A stretch of 64,000 bases of DNA from Bacteroidota bacterium (GTDB lineage: Bacteria; Bacteroidota; Bacteroidia; CAIKAF01). The stretch is from NCBI GenBank assembly GCA_016866335.1, contig VGMT01000006.1, positions 25,778 to 89,777 on the forward strand, given 5' to 3'. Position 1 is the stretch's first letter. Every line of letters begins with the position of its first letter. Position numbers and translations under genes: made by a program. This document shows positions 17,378 through 27,306 of this stretch, one piece after another. The notes under the pieces were generated by a model. It was not told the DNA's origin and ran no database searches. It saw only the letters and a list, made by a program, of their open reading frames with translations.

Positions 17378-18052
17378 TTAGTCGCTTTGGGCAGAACGAA
17401 ACGAATAAAAAAGACCTACAATAAACGATTGCTCATTTGGACCCGACCTGAATCGCTCCTCAAAAGCCAATTGCAAGCTGAGTTCATGCCGCTTTCCTAC
17501 GGCCAACGAGCTGCTTAGGCCTAGCCGATATCGATCGGGTTGTTCGCGCCCTGAACGGTTGGTGGGCCACCAACACTCCCCAAAAAGGGTGTTGCTTATT
17601 TTCCCCTTTGGCCAGGTGTATTTTACCCCGGCTTTGCTCCGAAAATGAAGGAGCCAGGGTTTGTTTTCCCCGCCCAGCGTGCTGTACCTTGCCTGATACC
17701 TTAAACGGACAAAGGGCCGCCACCTTTTCCATCGGTGGCGCAATTCTATGTCTAATTGAGGCCGGTGCCTCAAATGCCATACATCCGTTTGTTCATCAAG
17801 GCTATTAGAAACCCGCCAAGCAAAACCCAAAAGCAAATTACGCATCGGTTCATACTCCACCGAAGGCTGCACTAAAAAGGCGTCAATCCTGCCGTTTGTT
17901 CCCTGCCAGCGGTGTTGGAATTCCAAGCCCAAATCAACCTTGCTGTGCACCGATTGCTTGGCCGATGCCCCCACCCAGAGCCTAAGACCTTGGCCCCATA
18001 CCGAATTCCACAAGAGGAGCGCCCACACTACGCATTTAATCGTCGTCCCCAT
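17378..18052 (-). CDS. DUF2490-like outer-membrane protein
   Basis: It has a signal peptide and a beta-barrel-like composition. The start was taken at 'MGTTIKCVVWALLL'. Confidence 0.5.
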   Translation of the reverse strand: MGTTIKCVVWALLLWNSVWGQGLRLWVGASAKQSVHSKVDLGLEFQHRWQGTNGRIDAFLVQPSVEYEPMRNLLLGFAWRVSNSLDEQTDVWHLRHRPQLDIELRHRWKRWRPFVRLRYQARYSTLGGENKPWLLHFRSKAGVKYTWPKGKISNTLFGECWWPTNRSGREQPDRYRLGLSSSLAVGKRHELSLQLAFEERFRSGPNEQSFIVGLFYSFRSAQSD

Positions 18053-18707
18053 CGTCTCCCGTAATGGAATCTTCTGAATCAGAACCCGCACTGCTATGAT
18101 AATACAACCGCAAAAGCGCTGTATTTTTTAAAAAATTGTATTTCACAACCCCAATCCGTTCAATCGGTAAGCCCGTCTTTTCCCTCAACTCGGCAATCAA
18201 GGCCTCTCTTTGCAAGGGATGCACTTTGTCTATGCCTAAATAAACCAAATTTTTCTCCTCTAAATTTTTAAACAAAGGAACTTTTTCTTTCACGGTAAAC
18301 AAGGCCAACAACACGAGGTTCGAAGCCACAATCTCGGTCAAACTCATGGCACCAGCCGTTAGGGCATTGATAACAGCCATTCCTATGGTCGAAAACAAAT
18401 AGGTCATCTCCCGAATCGGAATCTGCAATGTTCTATACCGAATTATTCCAAATATGGCAAAAAGCCCTAAGGCCAATCCCAACTTAATTTTTATGTCGCT
18501 CAGCAAAAAACTAAGCAAAAAAACCACCGCGCCAATCAATAAAAACGAAAAGGCAAAGGTTCTGCGCTTGGACTTTTGATAATACAGCACAAACACCAAA
18601 ATCAGCGAAAAAAACAAATGCAAAGCAAAGGCGCCCAACAAATGCAGGGTGGCAGGCCAATCGGTTAAAGGAAGATCGGCATTCATTAATATGGTATTCT
18701 GAATCAT
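18036..18707 (-). CDS. DUF4956-like integral membrane protein
   Basis: It has several TM helices and an acidic C-terminus 'GDDGDDD'. Confidence 0.5.
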   Translation of the reverse strand: MIQNTILMNADLPLTDWPATLHLLGAFALHLFFSLILVFVLYYQKSKRRTFAFSFLLIGAVVFLLSFLLSDIKIKLGLALGLFAIFGIIRYRTLQIPIREMTYLFSTIGMAVINALTAGAMSLTEIVASNLVLLALFTVKEKVPLFKNLEEKNLVYLGIDKVHPLQREALIAELREKTGLPIERIGVVKYNFLKNTALLRLYYHSSAGSDSEDSITGDDGDDD

Positions 18708-19189
18708 GGTCTGTGGTATTTGTAAATCTTGCTAAACATTTCAACCTGGTTCGGGGTAAAACGCACTGTTTTTATTTTTAAGCCATTTTCCCAGCTGTGA
18801 ATTTCATAATAGGTTAATTTTCCAGATTTTCCATAATGTTCGGTCCTTTCCCATTCCCCGCTTTCTCCTTTTTTTTCAACCAAGGAGTCGGTTCGCAACC
18901 CCTTTCCTGGTTTAACCTTTACCTCTGACTTCCAATCCCCTTTTTCCGAAAAATAATACAACGTATGCTTTTCAATTTCTCCCAAGGAATTGTATCGAAT
19001 GGATTCTTTTAATTTCCCCTGATCATCGTACCTTTCTTTGCGTTCAAGCCGATTTTCTTTTCCTGTAGCCGACGGGTAAGTTTTCATAACCGTACACGAT
19101 TCTACGTTCGCTTGTTTTAGGTCTTTAGCCGATTGCGTATAGGCGCAAAGGCTACTTGAAAAAACGAAAAGAATAAGAAATTGCTTCAT
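18704..19189 (-). CDS. Hypothetical secreted protein
   Basis: It has a signal peptide and no recognisable domain. It overlaps its neighbours by 4 nt, which suggests an operon. Confidence 0.45.
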   Translation of the reverse strand: MKQFLILFVFSSSLCAYTQSAKDLKQANVESCTVMKTYPSATGKENRLERKERYDDQGKLKESIRYNSLGEIEKHTLYYFSEKGDWKSEVKVKPGKGLRTDSLVEKKGESGEWERTEHYGKSGKLTYYEIHSWENGLKIKTVRFTPNQVEMFSKIYKYHRP

Positions 19190-19611
19190 TTGGGTAAAAT
19201 TAATACAGGAGCCTCTGTTGCGGGCACGCCCGCCTCTAGTTTTACCTGCACAAAAACAGGCATTAACCCTGAAGGCTCATTTCCAGTAGAATCACGGGCA
19301 TAGGCAAACAAGGTATAATTGCCCGGCTGTAGGTTTTCAAATCGGTACCGGCCCTGGTAATCGGTTCGAAAATCTTCAGAATAAATTTCATCATTTCCAT
19401 AAATTAAATACACCCGCTCTTCGGGCAATGGATATTCCGAAATTATATTGGTAAAGGTTAGGTTGTATTTTCGTGCAATTACCTGCCCCGTCAAGGTCAA
19501 ATCTCCGCCCGTTCCCTCCGGATTGTTGCATGCGGTTAACATAGAAAACAGCAAAAATCCCAGCCAAATTGCCGCAAATTTACACCTTAATTTTAATTTA
19601 AAGTTTTGCAT
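19186..19611 (-). CDS. Lipoprotein with a carboxypeptidase-regulatory-like (Ig-like) domain
   Basis: It has a lipobox 'LTAC' and the stretch 'RYRFENLQPGNYTLFA'. Confidence 0.5.
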   Translation of the reverse strand: MQNFKLKLRCKFAAIWLGFLLFSMLTACNNPEGTGGDLTLTGQVIARKYNLTFTNIISEYPLPEERVYLIYGNDEIYSEDFRTDYQGRYRFENLQPGNYTLFAYARDSTGNEPSGLMPVFVQVKLEAGVPATEAPVLILPK

Positions 19612-19677
19612 GTCCGTGTTTTACAAAATACGAGGGCTCAATATTAAGCGCAAGTTAAGAACTTTTGTGCAGTGGCC

Positions 19678-19832
19678 CGTTTTTTTGGGCGGTTGCGGGC
19701 TTTCACCGGTAGTCCGCGGCTGCCAAAGGCTGGCCCAGCGGGCTTGCGGTGGCTCCTAAAGTCGTCTCCGCGCCACGCGGGCCAGACTTCGGCAGCCTTG
19801 CGGGCAACCAGGTTCAATCCCTACCGCAGCCC
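19678..19832 (+). repeat. GC-rich dispersed repeat, copy C (forward)
   Basis: It reads 'ttttttgggcggttgcgggctttcaccggtagtccgcgg...ggttcaatccctaccgcagcc'. Confidence 0.8.
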
Positions 19833-19868
19833 AAGGCTTGGGAATCGCCTGTTTTTTATTGACTGTTT

Positions 19869-21128
19869 TTAGGGTCCATTTGCTAAATGCCTTGGCTCTT
19901 TTGAATCTCCATGGCTTAATACCTTCTCCATTCGGTCCACAATTTTTTGGCTGCTTCCGGTATGCGTTTCAAACCAGCTTTTCAGCAGGATTTTTGTTTG
20001 GTCTTGCACGGCCTTTTTTTCTACATTTTTTAACCAACCAAGCGCGTCTTCCTGTGTTTTTACTCCTGCTCCTGCTCCTATCTTCAAAAAGGCCAAAGCC
20101 TCGCGGCTGTATTCATGCTTGGGGCCAAAAGCCACGGGAATGCCAGCTGCTGCAGGTTCCAATACATTGTGAACCCCGCGGCCAAATCCACCGCCCACAT
20201 AGGCTGCGTTGCCAATTCGATACAAGCGGCTCAATACACCGACTACATCCAGCACCACGATGTGCGATGCGGCCGTATTTTCTTCCTTGCTCCAATATTG
20301 GGCTAAAGGGAATTTTTCTTCAATTCGTTTTTTTATTTCGGGCGTCAACCTGTGCGGGGCAACAACCCAATTTACATCGGACCTTGCCAATACAATGGCC
20401 GCCCACAGCTCTAAATCTGCAGGCCAAACGCTCCCCAAAATCACCACAGGCTGTTCGCTACTCCACCTAAGGTGTTGGGGCCAGTCCAACGGTTGTGCCT
20501 GCAAAGCCAAGGTGCGTTCCACCCGCGGGTCCCCATCGGCAACGGCGTTTCTTAGGCCAAGTTTGGTTAAAAAGATTTTTCCTTCTTCGTCTTGGCAACT
20601 GATGCAGGCCAACTGCTGCATTTGTTCCAAAATAAAGCGGGCGGGCCTTCGCGCTAAATTTTTAGAACGCCCTGGGCTAAAAGCCGCAACCATAGCAGGA
20701 ATGCTATTTTGGCTTAACAGGCCTAGACAAATGGGCCAAATTTCAGCTTTTGTAAATACCGCCAATTTGGGTTTGAAGTGCGACAGGAATTTGGTTAATT
20801 CGGGTTTTAAGTCGCCAGGAAATCCAACCACCAAATGGGTTTTCTCTGTAGGTTTTACGATTCGGTAACCAGAATAGGAATAAAAACCAATTAGAATTTG
20901 ATGTGTAGGATTTCTGGACTCCCAACATTGAATAACCGGAAGTATTTGTTCGTATTCTCCTAAAGAAGCACAATGGAACCAAATCAGGTCGCGGTTTTTG
21001 GCGGGTTCGGGCCAAGGGTCTAAAAGCATGCTGCGCCGCCCTGCAGCTCCCTCATGCCAAAGGGAAGCCCGCCGAATCAGCCATTCCCAAAATCGAACCC
21101 CAAGTGCATAGGCCCACATTTGGTTCAA
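19869..21128 (-). CDS. kdtA: 3-deoxy-D-manno-octulosonic acid (Kdo) transferase
   Basis: It has 'IWFHCASLGEYEQ' and a GT30 C-terminal domain. Confidence 0.85.
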   Translation of the reverse strand: MNQMWAYALGVRFWEWLIRRASLWHEGAAGRRSMLLDPWPEPAKNRDLIWFHCASLGEYEQILPVIQCWESRNPTHQILIGFYSYSGYRIVKPTEKTHLVVGFPGDLKPELTKFLSHFKPKLAVFTKAEIWPICLGLLSQNSIPAMVAAFSPGRSKNLARRPARFILEQMQQLACISCQDEEGKIFLTKLGLRNAVADGDPRVERTLALQAQPLDWPQHLRWSSEQPVVILGSVWPADLELWAAIVLARSDVNWVVAPHRLTPEIKKRIEEKFPLAQYWSKEENTAASHIVVLDVVGVLSRLYRIGNAAYVGGGFGRGVHNVLEPAAAGIPVAFGPKHEYSREALAFLKIGAGAGVKTQEDALGWLKNVEKKAVQDQTKILLKSWFETHTGSSQKIVDRMEKVLSHGDSKEPRHLANGP

Positions 21129-21898
21129 TTAAATTCGATAAATTCCCGCTTGCTTCGGGGATACAAAGGAAAAAACCAGCCGGCCTTTAGCCCCAACCAA
21201 AGGTCGCTTCGCAGTCCTGTCGGCAAAATCCCAATATCGTACTGATAGCCCCTACGGTGCTCCTGAAATCCTTGTACCGCTTCCAGTCCAATATAGCAAT
21301 TGATGCTTTGGTTGTTCGACATCAATTGGTATCCAAACCATTGGCTCAGGTAAAATCCGGTACTCATTCGGTCGTAGCCTTTATCGTAAGGGGCAGCCAG
21401 TTGAGGAACGAGTCCGCCCGAAGCCCGCAGGGCATACCAGCTGCTCAGGTAGCCTCCACCAAAGCGAAAAGCAAATCCGGAATTTCCGTTTGGCTTGCCA
21501 AGGGGAAGCACTTTTCCTACAAACCCGCCGGTCATGATTCCTTGAAATGTGGCTCCAATTCCCGGAAAGGAGCCATCGCCTGCAATAATGGGCAATAGGT
21601 TTGAGGCGAACCCCGGTTCTTTGATTTCTTCCCCGAAAATAAAGTAGGCGGTGGCGCCCCATTGCCAACCTTTGGCGCTTTGCCTGAAAAAACCTCCACC
21701 TACAGGATACACCAAAGCCACCCGTTCGGAAAAGGCCCCCAGAGGCAGGCCAAATCCGCCCGAAACCTCAATGTTGCTAACGGCTACACGCTGCATTTGA
21801 GGGGCCTGCCCTTGCCCTGTTAGATTCAATGTTAAAAGGGCAAAAATCAACGCAAAATGCAGGAGATTTTCTCTTATGTGTTCAAAATAGTTGTTCAA
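21125..21898 (-). CDS. Hypothetical outer-membrane protein
   Basis: It has a signal peptide and is Gly/aromatic-rich with beta-barrel-like character. Confidence 0.45.
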   Translation of the reverse strand: MNNYFEHIRENLLHFALIFALLTLNLTGQGQAPQMQRVAVSNIEVSGGFGLPLGAFSERVALVYPVGGGFFRQSAKGWQWGATAYFIFGEEIKEPGFASNLLPIIAGDGSFPGIGATFQGIMTGGFVGKVLPLGKPNGNSGFAFRFGGGYLSSWYALRASGGLVPQLAAPYDKGYDRMSTGFYLSQWFGYQLMSNNQSINCYIGLEAVQGFQEHRRGYQYDIGILPTGLRSDLWLGLKAGWFFPLYPRSKREFIEFN

Positions 21899-21929
21899 GT
21901 TATGCTACTTTTGTGCCAAGTACAAAGCT

Positions 21930-23063
21930 ATGCGTAAAATTCAGATGGTTGATCTTCAAGCGCAATTTGAAGAAATTCAACCCGAGTTGATGGGGGCCTT
22001 TGATCAGATTTTGACCAACACAGCCTTTATTAACGGGCCCGATGTTCAAGCCTTTAAAACAGAACTGTCAGATTATTTGGGCGGAGTTCATGTGGTTCCA
22101 TGCGCCAATGGCACCGATGCCTTGCAAATTGCCATGATGGCCCTGGGCTTAAAACCCGGCGATAAGGTTTTGGCCCCATCTTTTACTTATGTTGCAACGG
22201 CCGAAGTTGCCGCGCTTCTTGGTTTGGAACTTGTCTTTTGCGATGTTGATCCCCAAACCTTTAATATTTGCCCCAACTCGGCCGCCAGCATACTTGAAAA
22301 AGAAGACATCAAGGCAATTGTTCCCGTTCACCTGTTTGGCCAATCGGCCAACATGGACGCGGTGATGGCTTTGGCTAAGCAATATGGTTGCTTTGTTGTT
22401 GAAGACATGGCCCAAGCCATTGGTTCTTTTTACCAAGGCGATTCGGCAACGGGTTTTGCGGGTACCATTGGGCATGCCTCAGGCACTTCGTTTTTTCCTT
22501 CAAAAAACTTAGGTTGCTACGGCGATGGCGGGGCGGTGTTAAGCCCCGATGCCGATTTGGCGGCTCGAATGCAAATGATTGCCAACCACGGGCAAAGCGC
22601 TCTGTATTACCACGATGTGGTGGGCGTAAATTCAAGGCTTGATACCCTGCAAGCGGCAGTATTGCGCATTAAATTGCGCCGGCTTCTTGATTATACCCGA
22701 GCTCGGCAAAAAGCCGCGGCTACCTACGACGCTAGGTTGGGCAACATAGATGGATTGCATATTCCAGTTCGTGATCCTAAGTCCACCCATGTGTTTCATC
22801 AATATACCTTGACCTTATCAAGGCCAGGAAGGACTGAACTCATGAAGTTCTTGGAAAGCCAAGGCATTCCGGTGAAAATTTACTACCCGGTGCCCCTGCA
22901 TTTGCAAAAGGCGTACAACCATCAGGGGTACACCCCAGGAGCCTTCCCTGTTTCTGAAAAGCTGTGCGACCATGTTTTGAGCCTGCCCATGCATACCCAT
23001 TTGCAAGCCGAGCAACTTGATTTTATTGGCGACAAAATTCGCAGCTGGTTTGCCACCCATTGA
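21930..23063 (+). CDS. DegT/DnrJ/EryC1-family sugar aminotransferase (WbpE/ArnB-like)
   Basis: It has PLP-dependent motifs ('CANGTDALQIA', 'SFFPSKNLGCYGDGG'). The start was taken at 'MRKIQMVDLQ'. Confidence 0.75.
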   Translation: MRKIQMVDLQAQFEEIQPELMGAFDQILTNTAFINGPDVQAFKTELSDYLGGVHVVPCANGTDALQIAMMALGLKPGDKVLAPSFTYVATAEVAALLGLELVFCDVDPQTFNICPNSAASILEKEDIKAIVPVHLFGQSANMDAVMALAKQYGCFVVEDMAQAIGSFYQGDSATGFAGTIGHASGTSFFPSKNLGCYGDGGAVLSPDADLAARMQMIANHGQSALYYHDVVGVNSRLDTLQAAVLRIKLRRLLDYTRARQKAAATYDARLGNIDGLHIPVRDPKSTHVFHQYTLTLSRPGRTELMKFLESQGIPVKIYYPVPLHLQKAYNHQGYTPGAFPVSEKLCDHVLSLPMHTHLQAEQLDFIGDKIRSWFATH

Positions 23064-23083
23064 TGCATTGAAATTTAAGACCT

Positions 23084-24382
23084 ATGAATATTTGTGCAAT
23101 TGGAACTGGGTATGTGGGGTTGGTAACAGGAACCTGCCTAGCCGAAACAGGCAACCAAGTTATTTGCGTGGACATTGACCAACAAAAGGTCGAGAATATG
23201 AAAAAGGGCATCGTGCCCATTTATGAACCCCAGTTGGATGTGTTTTTTCAGCGGAACCTAAAGCAGGGCCGCTTGCATTTTACCACCGATTTGGCCGAAG
23301 GTGTTCGCAATTCAGAGGTTTTGTTCCTTGCTCTGCCCACCCCTCCGGGTGAAGACGGTTCGGCCGACTTAAGCTATGTATTGGGAGTGGCACGTCAGCT
23401 TGGACCTCTGCTGAATTCCTACAAGGTAATCATCGATAAAAGTACGGTTCCTGTTGGTACTGCCGATTTGGTTCGAGAGGCCATATTGCCCCAGGCCGAA
23501 GCCGAATTTGATGTGGTTTCAAATCCAGAGTTTTTGCGCGAAGGATTTGCCGTGGAAGATTTCATGAAACCCGACCGCATTGTGATTGGTACAGAAAGTC
23601 CACGTGCCCGCGAAATACTCACCGATTTGTATGCCCCCTATGTTCGGCAAGGAAACCCCATCTACTTTATGGATGAACGCTCGGCCGAAATGACCAAATA
23701 CGCTGCAAACTCTTTTCTGGCAACCAAAATATCGTTCATGAACGAAATTGCTCGGCTGTGCGAAAGGGTGGGAGCCAATGTTGATCAGGTTCGATTGGGC
23801 ATAGGCAGCGACGAGCGCATAGGTAAGCGCTTTTTGTTCCCTGGGTTGGGCTATGGAGGCAGTTGCTTTCCCAAAGACGTGCAGGCATTGGTGCATACCG
23901 CCAACCAAAACGAGTACGACTTTAAAATTTTGCAGGCGGTAATGGATGTAAATCAAAGCCAAAAGGCCTTTTTTGCTCAAAAAATCCTGCATTTCTTTCA
24001 AGGAGATTTAAAAGGGAAGCGGATAGCCATTTGGGGATTAGCCTTTAAACCCGATACCGACGACATTCGTGAAGCTCCAGCCTTAGATTTAATTGAAACC
24101 TTGCGGGAAGCCGGTGCACAAATCGTTGCGTTTGATCCAGAAGCCATGCCCAACGTGCAAGCGGTACTGGGTGACGCCATTGGATATGCTGAAACGGCTT
24201 ACCAAGCCTTAGATCAAGCCGATGCCTTGGTCATTGCTACCGAATGGGCTGTTTTTAGAAATCCAGATATGGAAGAAATAAAAAAACGCCTTAAAGCCCA
24301 GGTAGTTTTTGACGGCCGAAATATTTTCCAGCCCGGAAAAATGAAGACACTGGGCTTTCAATACTTTAGCATTGGGCGATAG
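23084..24382 (+). CDS. ugd: UDP-glucose 6-dehydrogenase
   Basis: It has 'ICAIGTGYVGLVTG' and the catalytic 'GGSCFPKD'. Confidence 0.85.
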   Translation: MNICAIGTGYVGLVTGTCLAETGNQVICVDIDQQKVENMKKGIVPIYEPQLDVFFQRNLKQGRLHFTTDLAEGVRNSEVLFLALPTPPGEDGSADLSYVLGVARQLGPLLNSYKVIIDKSTVPVGTADLVREAILPQAEAEFDVVSNPEFLREGFAVEDFMKPDRIVIGTESPRAREILTDLYAPYVRQGNPIYFMDERSAEMTKYAANSFLATKISFMNEIARLCERVGANVDQVRLGIGSDERIGKRFLFPGLGYGGSCFPKDVQALVHTANQNEYDFKILQAVMDVNQSQKAFFAQKILHFFQGDLKGKRIAIWGLAFKPDTDDIREAPALDLIETLREAGAQIVAFDPEAMPNVQAVLGDAIGYAETAYQALDQADALVIATEWAVFRNPDMEEIKKRLKAQVVFDGRNIFQPGKMKTLGFQYFSIGR

Positions 24383-24394
24383 CCTCACAAGCCT

Positions 24395-25363
24395 ATGAAA
24401 AAACGCGTTTTAATAACCGGAGGAGCCGGATTCCTGGGTTCCCACCTTTGCGATTACTTTATTGCGAAAGATTATCGGGTTGTTGCGATGGACAACCTTA
24501 TAACAGGAGATATTCGAAACATAGAACATTTGTTTTCGCATCCTGATTTTGAATTTTACCACCACGATGTGTCTAAGTTTGTGCATGTGCCAGGTGAATT
24601 GCATTACATCATGCACTTTGCCAGCCCTGCCTCGCCCATAGATTACCTTAAAATCCCCATTCAAACCTTGAAAGTTGGCTCGCTGGGAACCCACAATCTA
24701 CTGGGATTGGCCAAGGCCAAAAATGCCCGCATTTTGGTGGCCTCAACTTCTGAAATTTATGGAGACCCTTTGGCGCACCCCCAAGATGAATCGTACTGGG
24801 GCAATGTAAATCCCATTGGGCCAAGAGGTGTGTACGACGAGGCCAAGCGTTTTCAAGAGGCCATTACCATGGCTTACAACCGTTTTCATAAGGTAGAAAC
24901 CCGCATTGTTCGCATTTTCAACACCTATGGTCCCCGCATGAGGCTGAACGATGGCCGGGCATTGCCTGCTTTTATTGGACAAGCCCTACGTGGAGAAGAT
25001 TTAACGGTATTTGGAGAAGGCAATCAAACAAGGTCGTTTTGCTATGTGTCTGATTTAGTAGAGGGTATCTACCGCCTGCTGTTGAGCGATTACGATGAGC
25101 CGGTGAACATTGGAAACCCTGCCGAGATTACCATTCTGCAATTTGCCGAAGAAATTCTAGCCTTAACCCAATCGGACAGCAAAATCGTATTTAAGCCACT
25201 GCCCGCCGATGACCCAAAACAACGGCAGCCCAACATTGAACTTGCAAAACGTATTTTGGGTTGGGAACCGAAAGTGGAACGCGCCCAAGGCCTAAAAACC
25301 ACCCTGGAATATTTCAGGGGGCTTGATAAGGTGGATTTGTACAAACCTAGTTTGAATTTTTAA
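24395..25363 (+). CDS. uxs: UDP-glucuronate decarboxylase (UDP-xylose synthase)
   Basis: It has '[14 protein letters not shown]', 'IYGDP' and '[10 protein letters not shown]'. Confidence 0.85.
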   Translation: MKKRVLITGGAGFLGSHLCDYFIAKDYRVVAMDNLITGDIRNIEHLFSHPDFEFYHHDVSKFVHVPGELHYIMHFASPASPIDYLKIPIQTLKVGSLGTHNLLGLAKAKNARILVASTSEIYGDPLAHPQDESYWGNVNPIGPRGVYDEAKRFQEAITMAYNRFHKVETRIVRIFNTYGPRMRLNDGRALPAFIGQALRGEDLTVFGEGNQTRSFCYVSDLVEGIYRLLLSDYDEPVNIGNPAEITILQFAEEILALTQSDSKIVFKPLPADDPKQRQPNIELAKRILGWEPKVERAQGLKTTLEYFRGLDKVDLYKPSLNF

Positions 25364-25947
25364 TGGCCGCATTTGTTCACGAAACGTCCATTGTTCATGA
25401 AACCGCCCAGCTGGGCGAGGGAACAAAAATATGGCAGTTTTGCCATGTAATGCAGAAAGCCCGTATAGGTAAGGATTGCTCCTTGGGCCAAAACGTAATG
25501 GTGGGGCCCGGAGTGGTGATTGGCAACAACTGCAAGGTGCAAAACAACGTTTCTATTTACGAAGGTGTTGTTTGCGAAGACGATGTTTTTATGGGGCCCA
25601 GCATGGTTTTTACCAATGTTATTAATCCGCGCAGCGCCGTAAATCGAAAATCGGAGTTTAAGCCTACTTTGGTAGGAAAGGGTGTTACCATTGGGGCCAA
25701 TGCCACCATTGTTTGCGGAACTCGGCTGGGCGAATATGCCTTTATTGGTGCCGGTGCCGTTGTTACCAAAGATGTGCCTGCCTATGCCCTAGTGTATGGA
25801 AATCCTGCTCGGCAAAAAGGATGGATGAGCCGGTTTGGTCAGCGCCTTGATTTTAATGAGCTAGGTCAGGCTGTTTGCCCCGAATCGGGCGAAGGGTACA
25901 TTTTAACCCCAGATGGTCGTGTAAACATTGCATCGGCTTCACGTTAG
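25363..25947 (+). CDS. wbpD: Hexapeptide-repeat sugar N-acetyltransferase, WbpD-like
   Basis: It has left-handed beta-helix repeats and is closely collinear with WbpD ('[14 protein letters not shown]', 'GANATIVCG'). Confidence 0.75.
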   Translation: MAAFVHETSIVHETAQLGEGTKIWQFCHVMQKARIGKDCSLGQNVMVGPGVVIGNNCKVQNNVSIYEGVVCEDDVFMGPSMVFTNVINPRSAVNRKSEFKPTLVGKGVTIGANATIVCGTRLGEYAFIGAGAVVTKDVPAYALVYGNPARQKGWMSRFGQRLDFNELGQAVCPESGEGYILTPDGRVNIASASR

Positions 25948-26002
25948 GTTTAGCCCAAAAAGACACTTTTGTGTTCCAATCTGAAAAAAGAAAAACTGTG
26001 CT

Positions 26003-27298
26003 ATGAGTGTGTATAGTGAAATTATCAACAAAGAGGCCCCGATAGCCGTGGTGGGCTTGGGATATGTGGGCTTGCCCATTGCCCTTGTATTTGCACGCAA
26101 CGTAAAGGTCATTGGATTTGATATAAACGCCGAACGGGTCGAAATGATGCGCAACCGCATTGACCCGAGCCAAGAATTGGCCGCCGAGGATTTTGACCAA
26201 ACCGACATACATTTTACCTGCGATTTAGAAGATTTGCGTTCGGCTAGGGTATTTATTGTGGCCGTTCCAACCCCGATCGATGATGCCAAGCAGCCCGATT
26301 TAAAGCCCTTGATTTCGGCCACCACCACCGTTGGCCAAGTATTGAAAAAAGGCGATTATGTAATTTACGAATCAACCGTTTATCCAGGTTGCACCGAAGA
26401 AGATTGCGTTCCGGTTTTAGAAGACTTGTCGTCCCTTAAAATGGGAGTTGATTTTAAGGTTGGATACAGCCCTGAACGCATCAATCCGGGCGACAAAGAG
26501 CACACCCTGAAAAACATCGTAAAGGTTGTTTCTGGAAACGATGCTGAGGCATTGGAAACGGTAGCCAAATTGTACGAGATTGTGGTTCAAGCCGGGGTTT
26601 TTCAGGCTTCGTCATTAAAAGTTGCCGAGGCGGCCAAGATCATTGAAAACACCCAGCGCGATGTCAATATTGCCCTGATGAACGAACTCTCTATTATTTT
26701 CGGAAAAATGGGCATCAATACCTACGAAGTATTGGAGGCCGCCGGAACCAAATGGAATTTCTTGAAGTTCTCACCAGGCTTGGTCGGAGGGCATTGCATT
26801 GGCGTTGACCCGTATTATTTGACGCACAAATCTGCCCAATTGGGTTACCATGCGCGCATCATCAATGCCGGCCGAGACATCAACGATGGAATGGGGGCGC
26901 ATGCCGCCCGACAAATCATAAAGCGGCTTATTGCCAAAGGATTTGACATTAAAGGTGCAAGGGTTTTGGTTATGGGTACCACCTTTAAAGAAAACGTTTC
27001 AGACATTCGGAACTCGAAGGTTGCCGATTTGATTTACGAGTTGCAATCGTACGGAATATCGGTAGATGTTACCGACCCGCACGCCAATTCAGACGAAGTA
27101 AAACATGAATATGGTTATGGATTGGTTGAAAAGCCTGCGGGTGCGTATGCAGCGATTTTTGTGGCCGTTTCGCATCAGGCTTTTATGGATTTGACCGAGG
27201 CAGATTTTGATGCATTGTTGGCCAAAGGAGGTATTTTAGCCGACCTTAAAGGGTTGTTCCGGAATCGGTTCCGTACCTTTGAGTATTGGAGCCTTTAA
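26003..27298 (+). CDS. UDP-N-acetyl-D-glucosamine/mannosamine 6-dehydrogenase, WbpA/TviB/Cap5O family
   Basis: It has 'IAVVGLGYVGLPIA' and 'GGHCIGVDPYYL'. Confidence 0.8.
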   Translation: MSVYSEIINKEAPIAVVGLGYVGLPIALVFARNVKVIGFDINAERVEMMRNRIDPSQELAAEDFDQTDIHFTCDLEDLRSARVFIVAVPTPIDDAKQPDLKPLISATTTVGQVLKKGDYVIYESTVYPGCTEEDCVPVLEDLSSLKMGVDFKVGYSPERINPGDKEHTLKNIVKVVSGNDAEALETVAKLYEIVVQAGVFQASSLKVAEAAKIIENTQRDVNIALMNELSIIFGKMGINTYEVLEAAGTKWNFLKFSPGLVGGHCIGVDPYYLTHKSAQLGYHARIINAGRDINDGMGAHAARQIIKRLIAKGFDIKGARVLVMGTTFKENVSDIRNSKVADLIYELQSYGISVDVTDPHANSDEVKHEYGYGLVEKPAGAYAAIFVAVSHQAFMDLTEADFDALLAKGGILADLKGLFRNRFRTFEYWSL

Positions 27299-27306
27299 TT
27301 CGGATT

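Noticed and set aside
19678-19832. tRNA-like character of the GC-rich repeat (TCAATCC and CAGCTGG motifs reminiscent of T- and D-loops)
   Set aside because: No consistent cloverleaf with an acceptor stem could be drawn across copies, so the resemblance is probably coincidental. It was kept only as a remark.
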